This document shows, one piece after another, positions 37,779-48,012 of a DNA stretch of 64,000 nucleotides (position 1 is its first letter; every line of letters begins with the position of its first letter). The notes under the pieces were generated by a model. It saw nothing but the letters and a program-made list of their open reading frames with translations, was not told where the DNA came from and searched no databases. This DNA is from a virus. The DNA lies in the IMG/VR virus record IMGVR_UViG_3300035670_013228, positions 113,881 to 177,880 of that record. One strand, 5' to 3'. A program made the position numbers and the translations under genes.

Positions 37779-38354
37779 TCAAGTAGTTTTAGCAGGATAA
37801 TCTACGGACACTGGTGAAGGTTGGCCGAGTTTATAGGTTAATTCGCCAGGGACACTTCGTGTAGGAGTTGCCGCTTCATCTGTTGAAGTAGACGAGGTTG
37901 TATCATTAGCAATATCCCAGAAAGCATCAACAGCAGTTGTTGGAGTTGTGCTCCATGTACCACTGTAAATATTCCAATAACCGGCTCTAATAGCAGTTGT
38001 TGTTCTTGTTGTTCTAACTTTTTCTTGACGATGAATACTACGTCTTGAACTTAGATCAGAAGCACCACTGCGTAAAAAAGTATTACTCTCAGAACCAGCA
38101 AGAGTTGTTGTGAACTTAACTGCTACTGGTCTATTATTATTGTAGGCAAAAGTACCTCCGGAAAGAGCAGGATCAGCATAATCTGCCGTAGCATCCGAGA
38201 CTACTGTTGATCCAAACACTGTTTGATTATTTGCACCTAGTGCTCTGTTTGCTAAAAGTGTAGCAGAAGCGCCTACGTTGATAGCGACGCCGCCATTGTT
38301 TACTGTGCTAGATGCTGTAACAGCCGATGAACCATCTGTTTGTACTGTGGCCAT
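37779..38354 (-). CDS. probable structural protein
   Basis: A/T/S/G-rich 191 aa with a GGAG RBS. Confidence 0.55.
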   Translation of the reverse strand: MATVQTDGSSAVTASSTVNNGGVAINVGASATLLANRALGANNQTVFGSTVVSDATADYADPALSGGTFAYNNNRPVAVKFTTTLAGSESNTFLRSGASDLSSRRSIHRQEKVRTTRTTTAIRAGYWNIYSGTWSTTPTTAVDAFWDIANDTTSSTSTDEAATPTRSVPGELTYKLGQPSPVSVDYPAKTT

Positions 38355-38416
38355 AAATATTCTCCATAAATAAAGTGTATTATTACTTTAATTAGTATAC
38401 CCCAAATTAGATTTTA

Positions 38417-39079
38417 TTATGTTTTTTTCATTTTGTGAAAAATTTTTTCTAGAGTATGAATATTTGTGGTTTTATAGCTATTAATATTAGGATTTGACAA
38501 TATTAAATTAATATGTTCATCGGTCCATGCTTGTCCATTAACAATAACATTCATATTAGGATTTTTTTTAATAATCATCATAGCCACAAGGATATTGTCA
38601 GAAATATTATCTAATGAATAGCTACTAGATGGGTAAATATTAATAATATTTTTTGTATACAATATAGCTGCAATTTTTTGTAAAACATCCAGGGTATATA
38701 GTTTATATTCAAGAATATATCTAATATCTATATTATTTGTAGAACATAACAACTTTATTTTATCTACTTCTAGTCTAAATCTATCATACTTTCGATTGCA
38801 TAAAAAATAATTAGGACATATAATTTCAATATTGTCTATTCCATCATCTATTGCTGTTCTGACGGCGTGTTCTCTAGATAAGGTATCAGAAAGACCAAAC
38901 GGATAATCTATTATGGTACTAAGCCGTATGTATTGTGGTATTATTTTTTTAACATTTTTGACATATTGAGGTAATACAGAAATGATTGCTGGCATATACT
39001 TAATAGCTATATCAATATTTTCTTGGGTTTCTTTTTCATTACTATCTATATCATAGAAACCATATTCTAAATATTGCAT
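38417..39079 (-). CDS. DeoC (deoxyribose-phosphate aldolase)-like protein, apparently lacking catalytic lysines
   Basis: SVLPQYV, TIIDYPFG, AIDDGIDNIEI and IRYILE. The KTSTG position reads YPSSS. Confidence 0.7.
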   Translation of the reverse strand: MQYLEYGFYDIDSNEKETQENIDIAIKYMPAIISVLPQYVKNVKKIIPQYIRLSTIIDYPFGLSDTLSREHAVRTAIDDGIDNIEIICPNYFLCNRKYDRFRLEVDKIKLLCSTNNIDIRYILEYKLYTLDVLQKIAAILYTKNIINIYPSSSYSLDNISDNILVAMMIIKKNPNMNVIVNGQAWTDEHINLILSNPNINSYKTTNIHTLEKIFHKMKKT

Positions 39080-39081
39080 AA

Positions 39082-39750
39082 TTATTTTTTTTTGTTTTTA
39101 AGAGTATCTATATTTGGAAATCGTTTACTACCTAATACACCGTCAGCAAATCCATAACTCACAGCCTCATGGGAATCTAGTATCCAATCGCTTTTATTTG
39201 CTAATTGAGAAAGTATGTGTTTTTTAGCAATCATTTTATTCCAGTTTTTTTCTTTAGCTATTGGACTATTAGAGCATTTGTCTGCAAAAATATCTATCAT
39301 TTTATTCGATTCTTTTTCGCTCCATTGTAAACTGCTCATTGCTGCTTTGTGATCGTGATCTAAGGTTAAAGACCCGTAATGAATTAATACATGAGTATTT
39401 GGCATTAAAATTCTATAGTGAGCCGCCTGAAAAATAATACTACTAGCTGATTCAACTTTAGCATAAGCTAGAATATATATCTTGGACTTTGAATATTTTA
39501 TAGTATCATATATACCCAAACCATCTTCCCATACTCCTCCTGGTAAATGCATATGAACAAGAATAGGTTCTGATCCAAGTATGTTTAGATATCTTACATT
39601 CTTTTCAAAGACTACTGCTGTTTTGTAGTCCACGCCGCCTTCTTCTTCAAAGTCCATATTAGAGTGGAGATATATCTCTCTTTGTTTAGTGTCTATACAC
39701 ATAGTATGTATATTATATAAATCAGATTCGGAATTATTGATCATGCTCAT
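39082..39750 (-). CDS. clpP: ClpP-like (S14) protease
   Basis: REIYL, HLPGG...GLGIYDTIK, ESASS (Ser), VLIHYG (His) and WILDSHEAVSYGFAD. Confidence 0.85.
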   Translation of the reverse strand: MSMINNSESDLYNIHTMCIDTKQREIYLHSNMDFEEEGGVDYKTAVVFEKNVRYLNILGSEPILVHMHLPGGVWEDGLGIYDTIKYSKSKIYILAYAKVESASSIIFQAAHYRILMPNTHVLIHYGSLTLDHDHKAAMSSLQWSEKESNKMIDIFADKCSNSPIAKEKNWNKMIAKKHILSQLANKSDWILDSHEAVSYGFADGVLGSKRFPNIDTLKNKKK

Positions 39751-39753
39751 AAT

Positions 39754-40194
39754 TTATATCTCTAAAAAAGATAATACTTCTTTACTAATTGAATTCATTA
39801 CAGTTGGAGCATCAAAAAGTTTGCCTATTCCTATTCTAAATCTATATCTGGTAAAGACATCTAATGTTTCTACACCATCTGTCAATTCAATAATAGAAGC
39901 AACATGCGTTGTGATATTGAAATTTGTGTGTCCTATCCAAAAGTTAAAAATTTTATTAGATGAAGTATTTTCTGTATAAGGTATTATTCCCATAGGAGTT
40001 ACAATAACCTTAGTTGGTCTTTCATAAAAATTGTGTTTTGTATTATTTTTATTATTAGGAATATTTTTTTCATAATCATCATTTTCATCATCATAAAATT
40101 CAGGTTCAAATATTTTTATATCTTCTATGTCATCCTCTCCTAACGGATCAGACCATTTTTGCCACACTATATTAGGATTCGAATAGTTGCTCAT
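39754..40194 (-). CDS. hypothetical protein
   Basis: 146-aa ORF in operon context. Confidence 0.6.
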   Translation of the reverse strand: MSNYSNPNIVWQKWSDPLGEDDIEDIKIFEPEFYDDENDDYEKNIPNNKNNTKHNFYERPTKVIVTPMGIIPYTENTSSNKIFNFWIGHTNFNITTHVASIIELTDGVETLDVFTRYRFRIGIGKLFDAPTVMNSISKEVLSFLEI

Positions 40195-40228
40195 GTTTTA
40201 TGATAAATACAATATAGATTAGAGCAAA

Positions 40229-40621
40229 TTATTGATAGTGCTTAAAAACTTCCGTTGGAGATACCATAGGCAAATAATTAGAAAGATCCTCTTTTTTCTG
40301 TAGTTTTTCTATATTAATAAGCTCTATTAAAACATTATGTACAAAAAGACTATCAAAAGGATTTTGTTTATTATGTTTTTTTAGAGTATTAATTGTTTCT
40401 TTTTCTAGGAATCCATTATTTAAAGCGTGTATAGCAATTGCGTAGAAATAAGCAACATCTTTAATTTTATCAGAATTTTCTTCATTGAAAATCGGCCATT
40501 CACATACTATATCTACTTTTCCATCATAGGATATTAAAAAATTTATAGCAGATATGTAGTCTTTCTTTTGGGGGGTCTGGTTCTTTTTATTCCAGAATAT
40601 TTGTTTTATCAAATTAAGCAT
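40229..40621 (-). CDS. hypothetical protein
   Basis: 130-aa ORF in operon context. Confidence 0.55.
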   Translation of the reverse strand: MLNLIKQIFWNKKNQTPQKKDYISAINFLISYDGKVDIVCEWPIFNEENSDKIKDVAYFYAIAIHALNNGFLEKETINTLKKHNKQNPFDSLFVHNVLIELINIEKLQKKEDLSNYLPMVSPTEVFKHYQ

Positions 40622-41204
40622 ATGATTTAATCTTATTTAAGCCCTTTTGAATATTTTGTCTAATAGCTTCTCTTGTTACTCCATATTCTTTACCTATTTC
40701 AACTAAAGTTTTATTTTCAAAGTAATACTTATATATTTGATTTCTTTGTTTATCAGATAAAATATTACTATTTAATAGTTTTTGGATATCTTCCTTTAAA
40801 TTATCTGATTCTTCTTTGCAAGATACTATTTCATATGGATCAGAAACGGATCTGTCAGGAATGTTTGAAGCATATGTGTTTAGTTCATCTTTAGACATCG
40901 AATCTATAGACAGTTTTGAATACTGATTTTTTTTCTTATATTTGCTAGATATATATGTTTTTATGGCCCATATACCACACTGATTTCTATAAGAATAACG
41001 AGTTTTAGACTGTCCTTCGTGGCCTTTTCTATTTGCATCCCATTTCCAATCTGCCATCATGATTGCAGATGCTATATCAGATATTGCATCATCATTAGAT
41101 AATAATTCTTTTCTAAGACCAATATAGAATGTTGGTGCAAATTTAGAAATAATTTTTTTTGCAAGATTAGTATATACCTCTAGAGTCTCAAATTGTTGTT
41201 CCAT
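40614..41204 (-). CDS. sigma-70-family RNA polymerase sigma factor (regions 2 and 4)
   Basis: AIMMADWKWD...YSYRNQCGIWAI (region 2-like) and KTLVEIGKEYGVTREAIRQ (region 4 HTH). Start reassigned to 41204. Confidence 0.88.
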   Translation of the reverse strand: MEQQFETLEVYTNLAKKIISKFAPTFYIGLRKELLSNDDAISDIASAIMMADWKWDANRKGHEGQSKTRYSYRNQCGIWAIKTYISSKYKKKNQYSKLSIDSMSKDELNTYASNIPDRSVSDPYEIVSCKEESDNLKEDIQKLLNSNILSDKQRNQIYKYYFENKTLVEIGKEYGVTREAIRQNIQKGLNKIKSYA

Positions 41205-41242
41205 TGTCCTTTGTCCTTTTAAAGAAATAAATTCGAAATTAA

Positions 41243-42067
41243 TTAATATTTTCCACCGCACGAACAGGCCATAATATTATTTCCACACTTATTACAAACA
41301 CCATTTGTGGACTTGGTAAGTTTTTTCCACTGTTGTTTATCTGGTCTGTCCGAATCCCCGGGTTTTGCTGGTTTATAATTTTTACCCTCTCTTTGTTTTT
41401 TTCTACGAATATTTTCCCACAAGCCCGGTTTATTCGTCGCCCAACTAGTATCGTCATTCTGAGGTACAAACCTGACAAAATCATGAATAGTTCTCATGTA
41501 GTCCTCGGTGATAGCTATTTTACCCTGAATCCAGCTTTCTGTCAAGTTTTCTTTGACATGAGGATCTGAATCTATAGATCGTAATATTTCTAGAGCATGA
41601 GTTGCTATTGCATTTAATGATCCAATATTCATAACTAAAAAATCTTGTTTATATTCGGATAGTTCATCTTGATCTTCATTTTCTTCTTCGTCTTCTTCAT
41701 CCATCTCTGGTTGAGCATTTAAATCCATGAATGGATCTTTCATGGTTGCTAACTGAACCTCTGTTTTGGTTAATTCTGTACCAATTGTCCAAGTTTTTCC
41801 CTCATTAGTTGTTTTGTAAGAAATAACATTACCTATATTATCTGGTAAAGATTTAATTGCTGTTACAATACCTTCGCTCATATAGTGAATACAATCCGGA
41901 TTGATATTTCTAACCATATTACCGATACTAAATGAACATTTGGCTTTAGATGTTTTGTTAATACCTAGTCTGTCTTTTGTTGCTTCCGGTAGAGCCGCGA
42001 CAAATGCCTGTTCTTTACGTTGGGCTGCTTCAGATATTGAAGATAATATTTCTTTAAATCTTTCCAT
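41243..42067 (-). CDS. modular hypothetical protein
   Basis: SH3-like block, acidic linker and KPGLWENIRRKKQR motif. Confidence 0.6.
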   Translation of the reverse strand: MERFKEILSSISEAAQRKEQAFVAALPEATKDRLGINKTSKAKCSFSIGNMVRNINPDCIHYMSEGIVTAIKSLPDNIGNVISYKTTNEGKTWTIGTELTKTEVQLATMKDPFMDLNAQPEMDEEDEEENEDQDELSEYKQDFLVMNIGSLNAIATHALEILRSIDSDPHVKENLTESWIQGKIAITEDYMRTIHDFVRFVPQNDDTSWATNKPGLWENIRRKKQREGKNYKPAKPGDSDRPDKQQWKKLTKSTNGVCNKCGNNIMACSCGGKY

Positions 42068-42086
42068 GATAGCCTCTCATATTTTA

Positions 42087-42791
42087 CTAAAAGTATTTAT
42101 TATCGAACTCTTTGATTAAAGGATACACCCTTTGAACAAAATCTATACTAGCTCTGTTATCACTATTAAAATGTACCCCTTGTAAGATTCTAGCCAAGCC
42201 ACACTGATCGACAAGGGACCATATATAATTTGAGTCTTCTGGACGCTGTTCAGATAAAATACAGGCCGCTAATGCCGCATATGCTGTGTGTCCGGAAGGA
42301 TATGATGGTGTATGGTGTGTTTTTGTTTGTATAACATCAAGCTTAACATTATAAAAATCGGCTAATTGGAATGGTCGTGCTCTATTATAGAAATATTTAA
42401 GATCTTTAATCATTTGTCTTAAATAAATATATAAATTAGAAAAATTTTCATATGAAAATTTAATATTATATTTGTTTATATACGGTAAAAATAATTTAAT
42501 TGGATTTTTATCAACCAGATATATTAAATCTATTTCTTTGTGAATTCTGTTATTGGCTAACGATATAACTTGGGTTAATTCATTGGTAGTTTTTTGACTA
42601 CTATTTAATGGAGGATTTTTTATCATTGACCAAAAATCAATATTTAATTTATTAGATAAATTAGATTTATATTTTGTAAAAACTAGAGTAGGATTATAAA
42701 CTATTTTATCAATATTTTTAGAAATTATAATTTGTTGTATAGATGATAAAAGTTTCACAATATTTACCAATACATTATGTTGGATCGGCAA
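42087..42791 (-). CDS. PAP2/haloperoxidase-superfamily phosphatase
   Basis: KYFYNRARP, PSYPSGH and ARILQGVHFNSD. Start uncertain. Confidence 0.88.
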   Translation of the reverse strand: MPIQHNVLVNIVKLLSSIQQIIISKNIDKIVYNPTLVFTKYKSNLSNKLNIDFWSMIKNPPLNSSQKTTNELTQVISLANNRIHKEIDLIYLVDKNPIKLFLPYINKYNIKFSYENFSNLYIYLRQMIKDLKYFYNRARPFQLADFYNVKLDVIQTKTHHTPSYPSGHTAYAALAACILSEQRPEDSNYIWSLVDQCGLARILQGVHFNSDNRASIDFVQRVYPLIKEFDNKYF

Positions 42792-43344
42792 TTAGTGTTA
42801 AGAAATTTTCTAATCCCATCTGTTCTATTAGTTTTAAATAAGACTCGTATAATTCAATACCATCCTCACTACCTTTTAGTAATGGTATCATCATATTTGC
42901 TGTTATTTCATCTCCAACGGATCTAGCTTTTACTATGGTTGCTCTTTCAGCAGCGGCGGCTTCTTTGACCGAGTCTAAATTATATTTAATCATAGCAACA
43001 ATATCGTGTCTTGTCCATGATTTCGGATTAACAGATAGAGGCTGATAATCTACATCAAAAAATTCTAATCTTTTTAGATTAATAGCAGAGTGTTCGTGCT
43101 CTTGATCAGCATCTGCTTTAATAATAGCGGCTAGTTTTTTATAACCCCATCTTTCAAGATGAATAGCCTGAGCTGTTAAAGAAGTAGTTTGTTGCCAGTG
43201 TATATTTAATGATTTTTTTAAAAGCTCTATTACGGTATCGCTAGAATATCCAGAAGCTTCTTCTGAAATAACTTTGGTGTCCATACTATTATTTGCCTCA
43301 TATTTAGATAATAGATCGTCGATTGCTTGATCTTTATTGGTCAT
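42775..43344 (-). CDS. bacterioferritin-like four-helix-bundle protein
   Basis: HLERWGYKKLA...DQEHEHS...KRLEFFD and GDEITANM...QMGLENFL. Confidence 0.8.
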   Translation of the reverse strand: MTNKDQAIDDLLSKYEANNSMDTKVISEEASGYSSDTVIELLKKSLNIHWQQTTSLTAQAIHLERWGYKKLAAIIKADADQEHEHSAINLKRLEFFDVDYQPLSVNPKSWTRHDIVAMIKYNLDSVKEAAAAERATIVKARSVGDEITANMMIPLLKGSEDGIELYESYLKLIEQMGLENFLTLIADPT

Positions 43345-43348
43345 AAAA

Positions 43349-43870
43349 TCACCATGCTTTACAAGACCAATATCTAGCTTTCCATTTTGGACCAGGATTA
43401 TCGCAATTGTGTCTTGCTCTAAAGCTTTTTCGTCTTTCGGGTATATTTTTCTTAATTTTCATGTTTGGATCGCCAAAATTAACCTTCACCACATTTCCCT
43501 TTTCGTTCTTCACATAAACACTAAATTTTTTAGGCCCATCCGGTGTTCTAAAAGGTTTATTTAATGTTACTTTACGACCACCCTTTTCTGCTGCAATGAG
43601 AATACCTTCTTCGGAGTATACGTTGGTATCTGTTGATAATTGTATTTCTACAACAAATTCGTCCCACTCGTCGTCCCATGAGCAATTTGATGCTAATAAA
43701 TTATTTTCAAATTGATCTAAAATAGAGGCTTTATTTTTTCTTGTTTGTCCTAAACATATGGCTAATCTTTGTTGTGTATTTTTATAGTCTTTTTTCATTG
43801 TCTCGTCTCCCATGCAACGAGCAGTGAATTTTTGTTTATCCTCATTGGGCTTTGGAGATGGTATTGGCAT
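43349..43870 (-). CDS. conserved phage hypothetical protein (two small modules)
   Basis: MPIPSPKPNEDKQKFTARCM and KKFSVYVKNEKGNVVKVNFGDPNM...RARHNC...YWSCKAW. Confidence 0.7.
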   Translation of the reverse strand: MPIPSPKPNEDKQKFTARCMGDETMKKDYKNTQQRLAICLGQTRKNKASILDQFENNLLASNCSWDDEWDEFVVEIQLSTDTNVYSEEGILIAAEKGGRKVTLNKPFRTPDGPKKFSVYVKNEKGNVVKVNFGDPNMKIKKNIPERRKSFRARHNCDNPGPKWKARYWSCKAW

Positions 43871-43931
43871 AGTAAATCTTTCTGGTTGAATTAGAGTATT
43901 TCCTATAAAAATATTAATACACCAAAATATA

Positions 43932-44987
43932 TTATTCGGCTATTACCGACAGAAGACGATTCGATGAGTTTAACCAACTAAAATTTTTAGCTGTTTCAAC
44001 ACCATTTATATTGGTACTAATAGAATTAGTATATACAAATTTCATGTAATCTATAATTTGATCTTTATGAGAGTCTCCTATTTTAGCCCAATTACCATTA
44101 CCAAAAAACCACATTCCGTCAAACGCTTGTTCGGTTTCATTAATATCGACCAAAAAGCTATTATCAGTATTGCAATAGTCTTTATGAGCTGAATAATTTG
44201 TTACAATAACAGGCTTATTCATGGACAGTGTCTCTAATAATTCTAGATTCCATCCTTCTCCTCTAGAAATGTAAATACCACAATCACTATAAGAAATAAT
44301 TTCTGCAATAGCTTTATGATTAGGTAGTCTAGGAAAAATTTTTATTTTTTTTCTAAGATTAGAGGATTCCACTAAAGATATCCATTGATTTTCTTGATCT
44401 TTATTAAGAAATGGATTATGGGTTACCATCCACAGCTCTACATCGTCCTTATCTGTAAAAGCTTTATTGAAACATTCAATAATAATATCATGAGATTTCC
44501 TTTTTTCCCACTTACCTATTGTGAGAAAAACATATTTATCCGTTTTATTTTGTAGAGAATGATCAAAAATAGATCTGTCAACTCCAAGAGGTACAATCTT
44601 TATAGGTTTATTTATATTATTTTTTAGTAGTACATTTTTAGCCCATTCGGATGATACAATAATTTCATCAGGAAAATTTAAATGATATATTTCTTTTTGA
44701 TTAAGAGTATCTACTTCAAAAAAGGGAAAAGCAAAATATTTTCCATCTCCTATTCGATTAAGTAAATCGAACTGATGCCAGATTTTAACGCACGGACTGT
44801 CGTATGGTATGATGTGACTATAACTGATACAATTATTAAGTATAGATGCTTGTTCTTGAGATTCTACATTAGGATGTCCTATCGGACTTAATCCTATATT
44901 GTGATTGCTAGCTAAAGATAAAAGTATATTTAGACCAGCATATCCATATCCTGTCGATCCTATTGGCGTATTGAGATGTATATTCAT
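43932..44987 (-). CDS. GT-B glycosyltransferase (family 4-like)
   Basis: PLGVD, GKWEKRKSHD, SRGEGWNLELLETLSMNKPVIVT. Confidence 0.9.
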   Translation of the reverse strand: MNIHLNTPIGSTGYGYAGLNILLSLASNHNIGLSPIGHPNVESQEQASILNNCISYSHIIPYDSPCVKIWHQFDLLNRIGDGKYFAFPFFEVDTLNQKEIYHLNFPDEIIVSSEWAKNVLLKNNINKPIKIVPLGVDRSIFDHSLQNKTDKYVFLTIGKWEKRKSHDIIIECFNKAFTDKDDVELWMVTHNPFLNKDQENQWISLVESSNLRKKIKIFPRLPNHKAIAEIISYSDCGIYISRGEGWNLELLETLSMNKPVIVTNYSAHKDYCNTDNSFLVDINETEQAFDGMWFFGNGNWAKIGDSHKDQIIDYMKFVYTNSISTNINGVETAKNFSWLNSSNRLLSVIAE

Positions 44988-46108
44988 AATGTTTTATCGA
45001 AATGTGTTCTGTTGACTCTTATAAATTCTGCACACTTTGACAGATCTTTAAGGGATGAAGAACCAACATATGCACAAGCGCTTCTTATTCCTCCTGTTAT
45101 ATCCGAAATAATATTAGAAACACAACCTTTATATGGAACAGTTAATACTCTGCCTTCGCTAGCGCGATAGTTTTTGACCCCTCCATATTTTTCTTGTGCT
45201 TTGTGTGAACTCATACCATAAAATTTTAATGTCTTTTTTCTTTTATCTGATGGATAATAGCCAGGATCATTTGGTTGCCACCATTCTCTAACTACTTCTC
45301 TGTCGTTATTAATAATTGCGCAACGATACTCGTATTCCCACTCTCCTTCGCATTGATCTGTTCCAGCGAGCATACCTCCAAGCATCACAAAGTCAGCATT
45401 TGCCGCAAAAGCCTTTACAACATCCGATGGTGTTCTACACCCGCCGTCCGCACAGATCAATCCTAGTCGCCTGTCTTCGTTTTTTAAACCATGAGCAGCG
45501 TGTGAGCATTCTGCTATGGCAGACAGTTGGGGGAAACCCACACCCGTTTTTAGTCGAGTTGTACAAGCAGAACCTGGACCTATGCCGACTTTTACTATAT
45601 CAACACCACCATGCAGAATTAACTCTTGAACCATTTCTGGAGTACATACATTACCCGCCATTATAATTGGACTACTACCAAATTCGTGTCTTATTCTATT
45701 GCAGAAATTAACGAAATCATCAGTATATCCATTAGCAACATCTATACAAATATTTGGTATTTGATTTAAAATATTATATATATGATGTACTTTAACTATG
45801 TCTTCTTCTTTAATGCCTATGCTAATCCATTGATAATTACTATCAAATATATTTTTGTAACTATCAATATTATAGTGTTTATGAAGACATGTTATCATAT
45901 GTTGTCTGGCTAATACGGATGACATATCAAAAGTCCCGGTTGTGTCCATATTAGCAGCAATAATCGGCACTCCACTCCAAGATCGACTAGAATGGTAAAA
46001 GGAAAATTTTCTTTCAAGAATAACTTCTTGTCTAGATGCGGCTCTGGATCTTTGAGGAACCAAGAGAACATCATCAAAATCTAATTTTATCTGTTCATTT
46101 ATTTTCAT
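44984..46108 (-). CDS. guaC: GMP reductase
   Basis: [51 protein letters not shown] and ASEG. Confidence 0.95.
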   Translation of the reverse strand: MKINEQIKLDFDDVLLVPQRSRAASRQEVILERKFSFYHSSRSWSGVPIIAANMDTTGTFDMSSVLARQHMITCLHKHYNIDSYKNIFDSNYQWISIGIKEEDIVKVHHIYNILNQIPNICIDVANGYTDDFVNFCNRIRHEFGSSPIIMAGNVCTPEMVQELILHGGVDIVKVGIGPGSACTTRLKTGVGFPQLSAIAECSHAAHGLKNEDRRLGLICADGGCRTPSDVVKAFAANADFVMLGGMLAGTDQCEGEWEYEYRCAIINNDREVVREWWQPNDPGYYPSDKRKKTLKFYGMSSHKAQEKYGGVKNYRASEGRVLTVPYKGCVSNIISDITGGIRSACAYVGSSSLKDLSKCAEFIRVNRTHFDKTL

Positions 46109-46547
46109 TTTTATTTTTTTCTAATTGTTTATATAGATAAGAATCTTCAATGTTCAGTGTGATCTCCTCATCTTTTTCAATATTTTTGTATGCTATAATT
46201 TTACCGTAAAAGTGTTCAAAATTAATATCTAAGAAGGCATTATAAAATTCATTGGGTACAGCATAGTTATATAATCCTCCATATCCCATAGGAAAATAAA
46301 TAACATAACCATGTTTTTGGCATTCTGCACATTTACATGAGTCGTTTATTAATGCATAGTTTATTATGGTTTGATCAAATTGATAGTTAGTTCTAAAATG
46401 TAGTGGTAGTATCGGAAAGACTTCTATCACTGATTGACTAGATATAGCTTCTCTTGCCAAAACTCCTCTACCATGAATATAAGATTTAGATATATATATT
46501 TTAGAACAATCGTATTCTATATAGGGTATTTGTTGTTGTTGAGTCAT
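46095..46547 (-). CDS. SET-domain protein
   Basis: SYIHGRGVLAR, GYGGLYN...NA and IAYKNIEKDEEITLN. Confidence 0.8.
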   Translation of the reverse strand: MTQQQQIPYIEYDCSKIYISKSYIHGRGVLAREAISSQSVIEVFPILPLHFRTNYQFDQTIINYALINDSCKCAECQKHGYVIYFPMGYGGLYNYAVPNEFYNAFLDINFEHFYGKIIAYKNIEKDEEITLNIEDSYLYKQLEKNKNENK

Positions 46548-47074
46548 ATATTAAAAAAACACCATCTTTTATGGTGATCTATAGTGTAAGTATTATTGAT
46601 ATAGTTAAGATATGTTGTGAGTTCATCCCAATTACTAAATATAAATTCATGTGGAATAGTACCAAATAGCCAATCCGGAGCATGATTTTTACCTTGTTCT
46701 ATTTTAATAAGAATTGGTTTTTTTTGTCTGTTGGCCCAAAATATTTCTTCAAGAGTGCCGCACGGATGAGTATTTAGATCCAGATTAACTATTAGAAAAT
46801 CGCTTATGTCTACCATTCTCAAATCAACAGATCTTATTTCCCTCATTATTTCAGATAATTCGTTATATTTACCTTCTTTTTTAAGAATCTGTTTTTTCTT
46901 TGCTACAACTGTATCTTCCATACCAAGATTGGTAGGTTTATTCAAAGGATTGAATACCTGAATTCCATACATTTCTAATATAGGCGTGATAAAATTTCTC
47001 CATCCGCCGCCCCTATCCGGAACTCTATCAACAGCACCGGCCAAGTAACATCTTTGATTTTTAAGTCTATTCAT
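46544..47074 (-). CDS. nucleoside 2-deoxyribosyltransferase/RCL-like protein
   Basis: YLAGAVD, VFNP, DLRMVDISDF and GTLEEIFWA. Confidence 0.8.
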   Translation of the reverse strand: MNRLKNQRCYLAGAVDRVPDRGGGWRNFITPILEMYGIQVFNPLNKPTNLGMEDTVVAKKKQILKKEGKYNELSEIMREIRSVDLRMVDISDFLIVNLDLNTHPCGTLEEIFWANRQKKPILIKIEQGKNHAPDWLFGTIPHEFIFSNWDELTTYLNYINNTYTIDHHKRWCFFNI

Positions 47075-47198
47075 GATTTATATATACAAAAAAGTTTTCC
47101 TTACATTTTGTCTTTGATGATGAGTAATAATCTTGTCTCCAGGTTCTAAGTCCTCTAAGACACCCAGCAATCATGCAAAAAAGAAATACAAAATACAT
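47067..47198 (-). CDS. possible 43-aa peptide with hydrophobic N-terminus
   Basis: Manual translation MYFVFLFCMIAGCLRGLRTW...; fills a gap and overlaps the next start. Confidence 0.35.
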   Translation of the reverse strand: MYFVFLFCMIAGCLRGLRTWRQDYYSSSKTKCKENFFVYINHE

Positions 47199-47204
47199 AA
47201 TAAG

Positions 47205-47750
47205 TTATTTTACATAAATATAAACATTGTTTATATCTAACCATATATCTTCTATTAGTTTTGATATCAGATTCCAGTCTCCACCAGAAGAACCGCATCC
47301 AAATTTTGGACAATGTAATTCTACTGAAGTATTTTCATTATTATTTTTAAAGTTTTTTATATAGTTTTTAACCATAGACATAGAATAAACTAATGCAGCA
47401 TAGTTTATTGGTCTAGGATTTTTCACGCTTCTTAGTCCATTTTGGGCTATCATATTAGCAAAAATAATCTTATGCCTATATAAAGGTTCCGTATAAGTTT
47501 CTACAAATTGTGTGTTTCCTAATTTTTGAGAACCGATAGACATATGATAATTTTCTTTAACTATTGGATAGTATTTAGTAATATATCCTGCAAAAGATCC
47601 GGCAAATATATTATTATTGCTACAAATATGAGGAACAATTACAGAACAACCCTTTTCTCTCATCGAGATTCTCTGTTTGATACTATCAAAAATATTTTGT
47701 TTGTTCATGAAACTTAAAACAAACTTTCGATTATTTATTAATGTAGACAT
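47205..47750 (-). CDS. macrodomain-like protein
   Basis: VPHICSN, FANMIAQ and PKFGCGSSGGDWNLI. Confidence 0.75.
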   Translation of the reverse strand: MSTLINNRKFVLSFMNKQNIFDSIKQRISMREKGCSVIVPHICSNNNIFAGSFAGYITKYYPIVKENYHMSIGSQKLGNTQFVETYTEPLYRHKIIFANMIAQNGLRSVKNPRPINYAALVYSMSMVKNYIKNFKNNNENTSVELHCPKFGCGSSGGDWNLISKLIEDIWLDINNVYIYVK

Positions 47751-47751
47751 T

Positions 47752-48012
47752 TTACACTATTTTTTTCCATTTTCCTAAAGGACACTCCTGATCAGCCCAC
47801 GCCAGTTTATTTAGAAAAATTTTTCTATTATTAACATAGCATCCGCACATCATGCATGTTTGATCTTTTGAATTATACATATCGCAGGAGTTGTGACATA
47901 TATTGTATCTATAAAGAATTTGTTCGTGAGAACTTTTGGGGAACCCAGAATAAATATGAAATATTAAAGATTTAAGAAATGTTTTTATTCTTTGTATCGA
48001 AATTTTTCTCAT
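47752..48012 (-). CDS. small Cys-rich protein
   Basis: RYNIC...C...CMMCGC...CPLGKW. Confidence 0.65.
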   Translation of the reverse strand: MRKISIQRIKTFLKSLIFHIYSGFPKSSHEQILYRYNICHNSCDMYNSKDQTCMMCGCYVNNRKIFLNKLAWADQECPLGKWKKIV

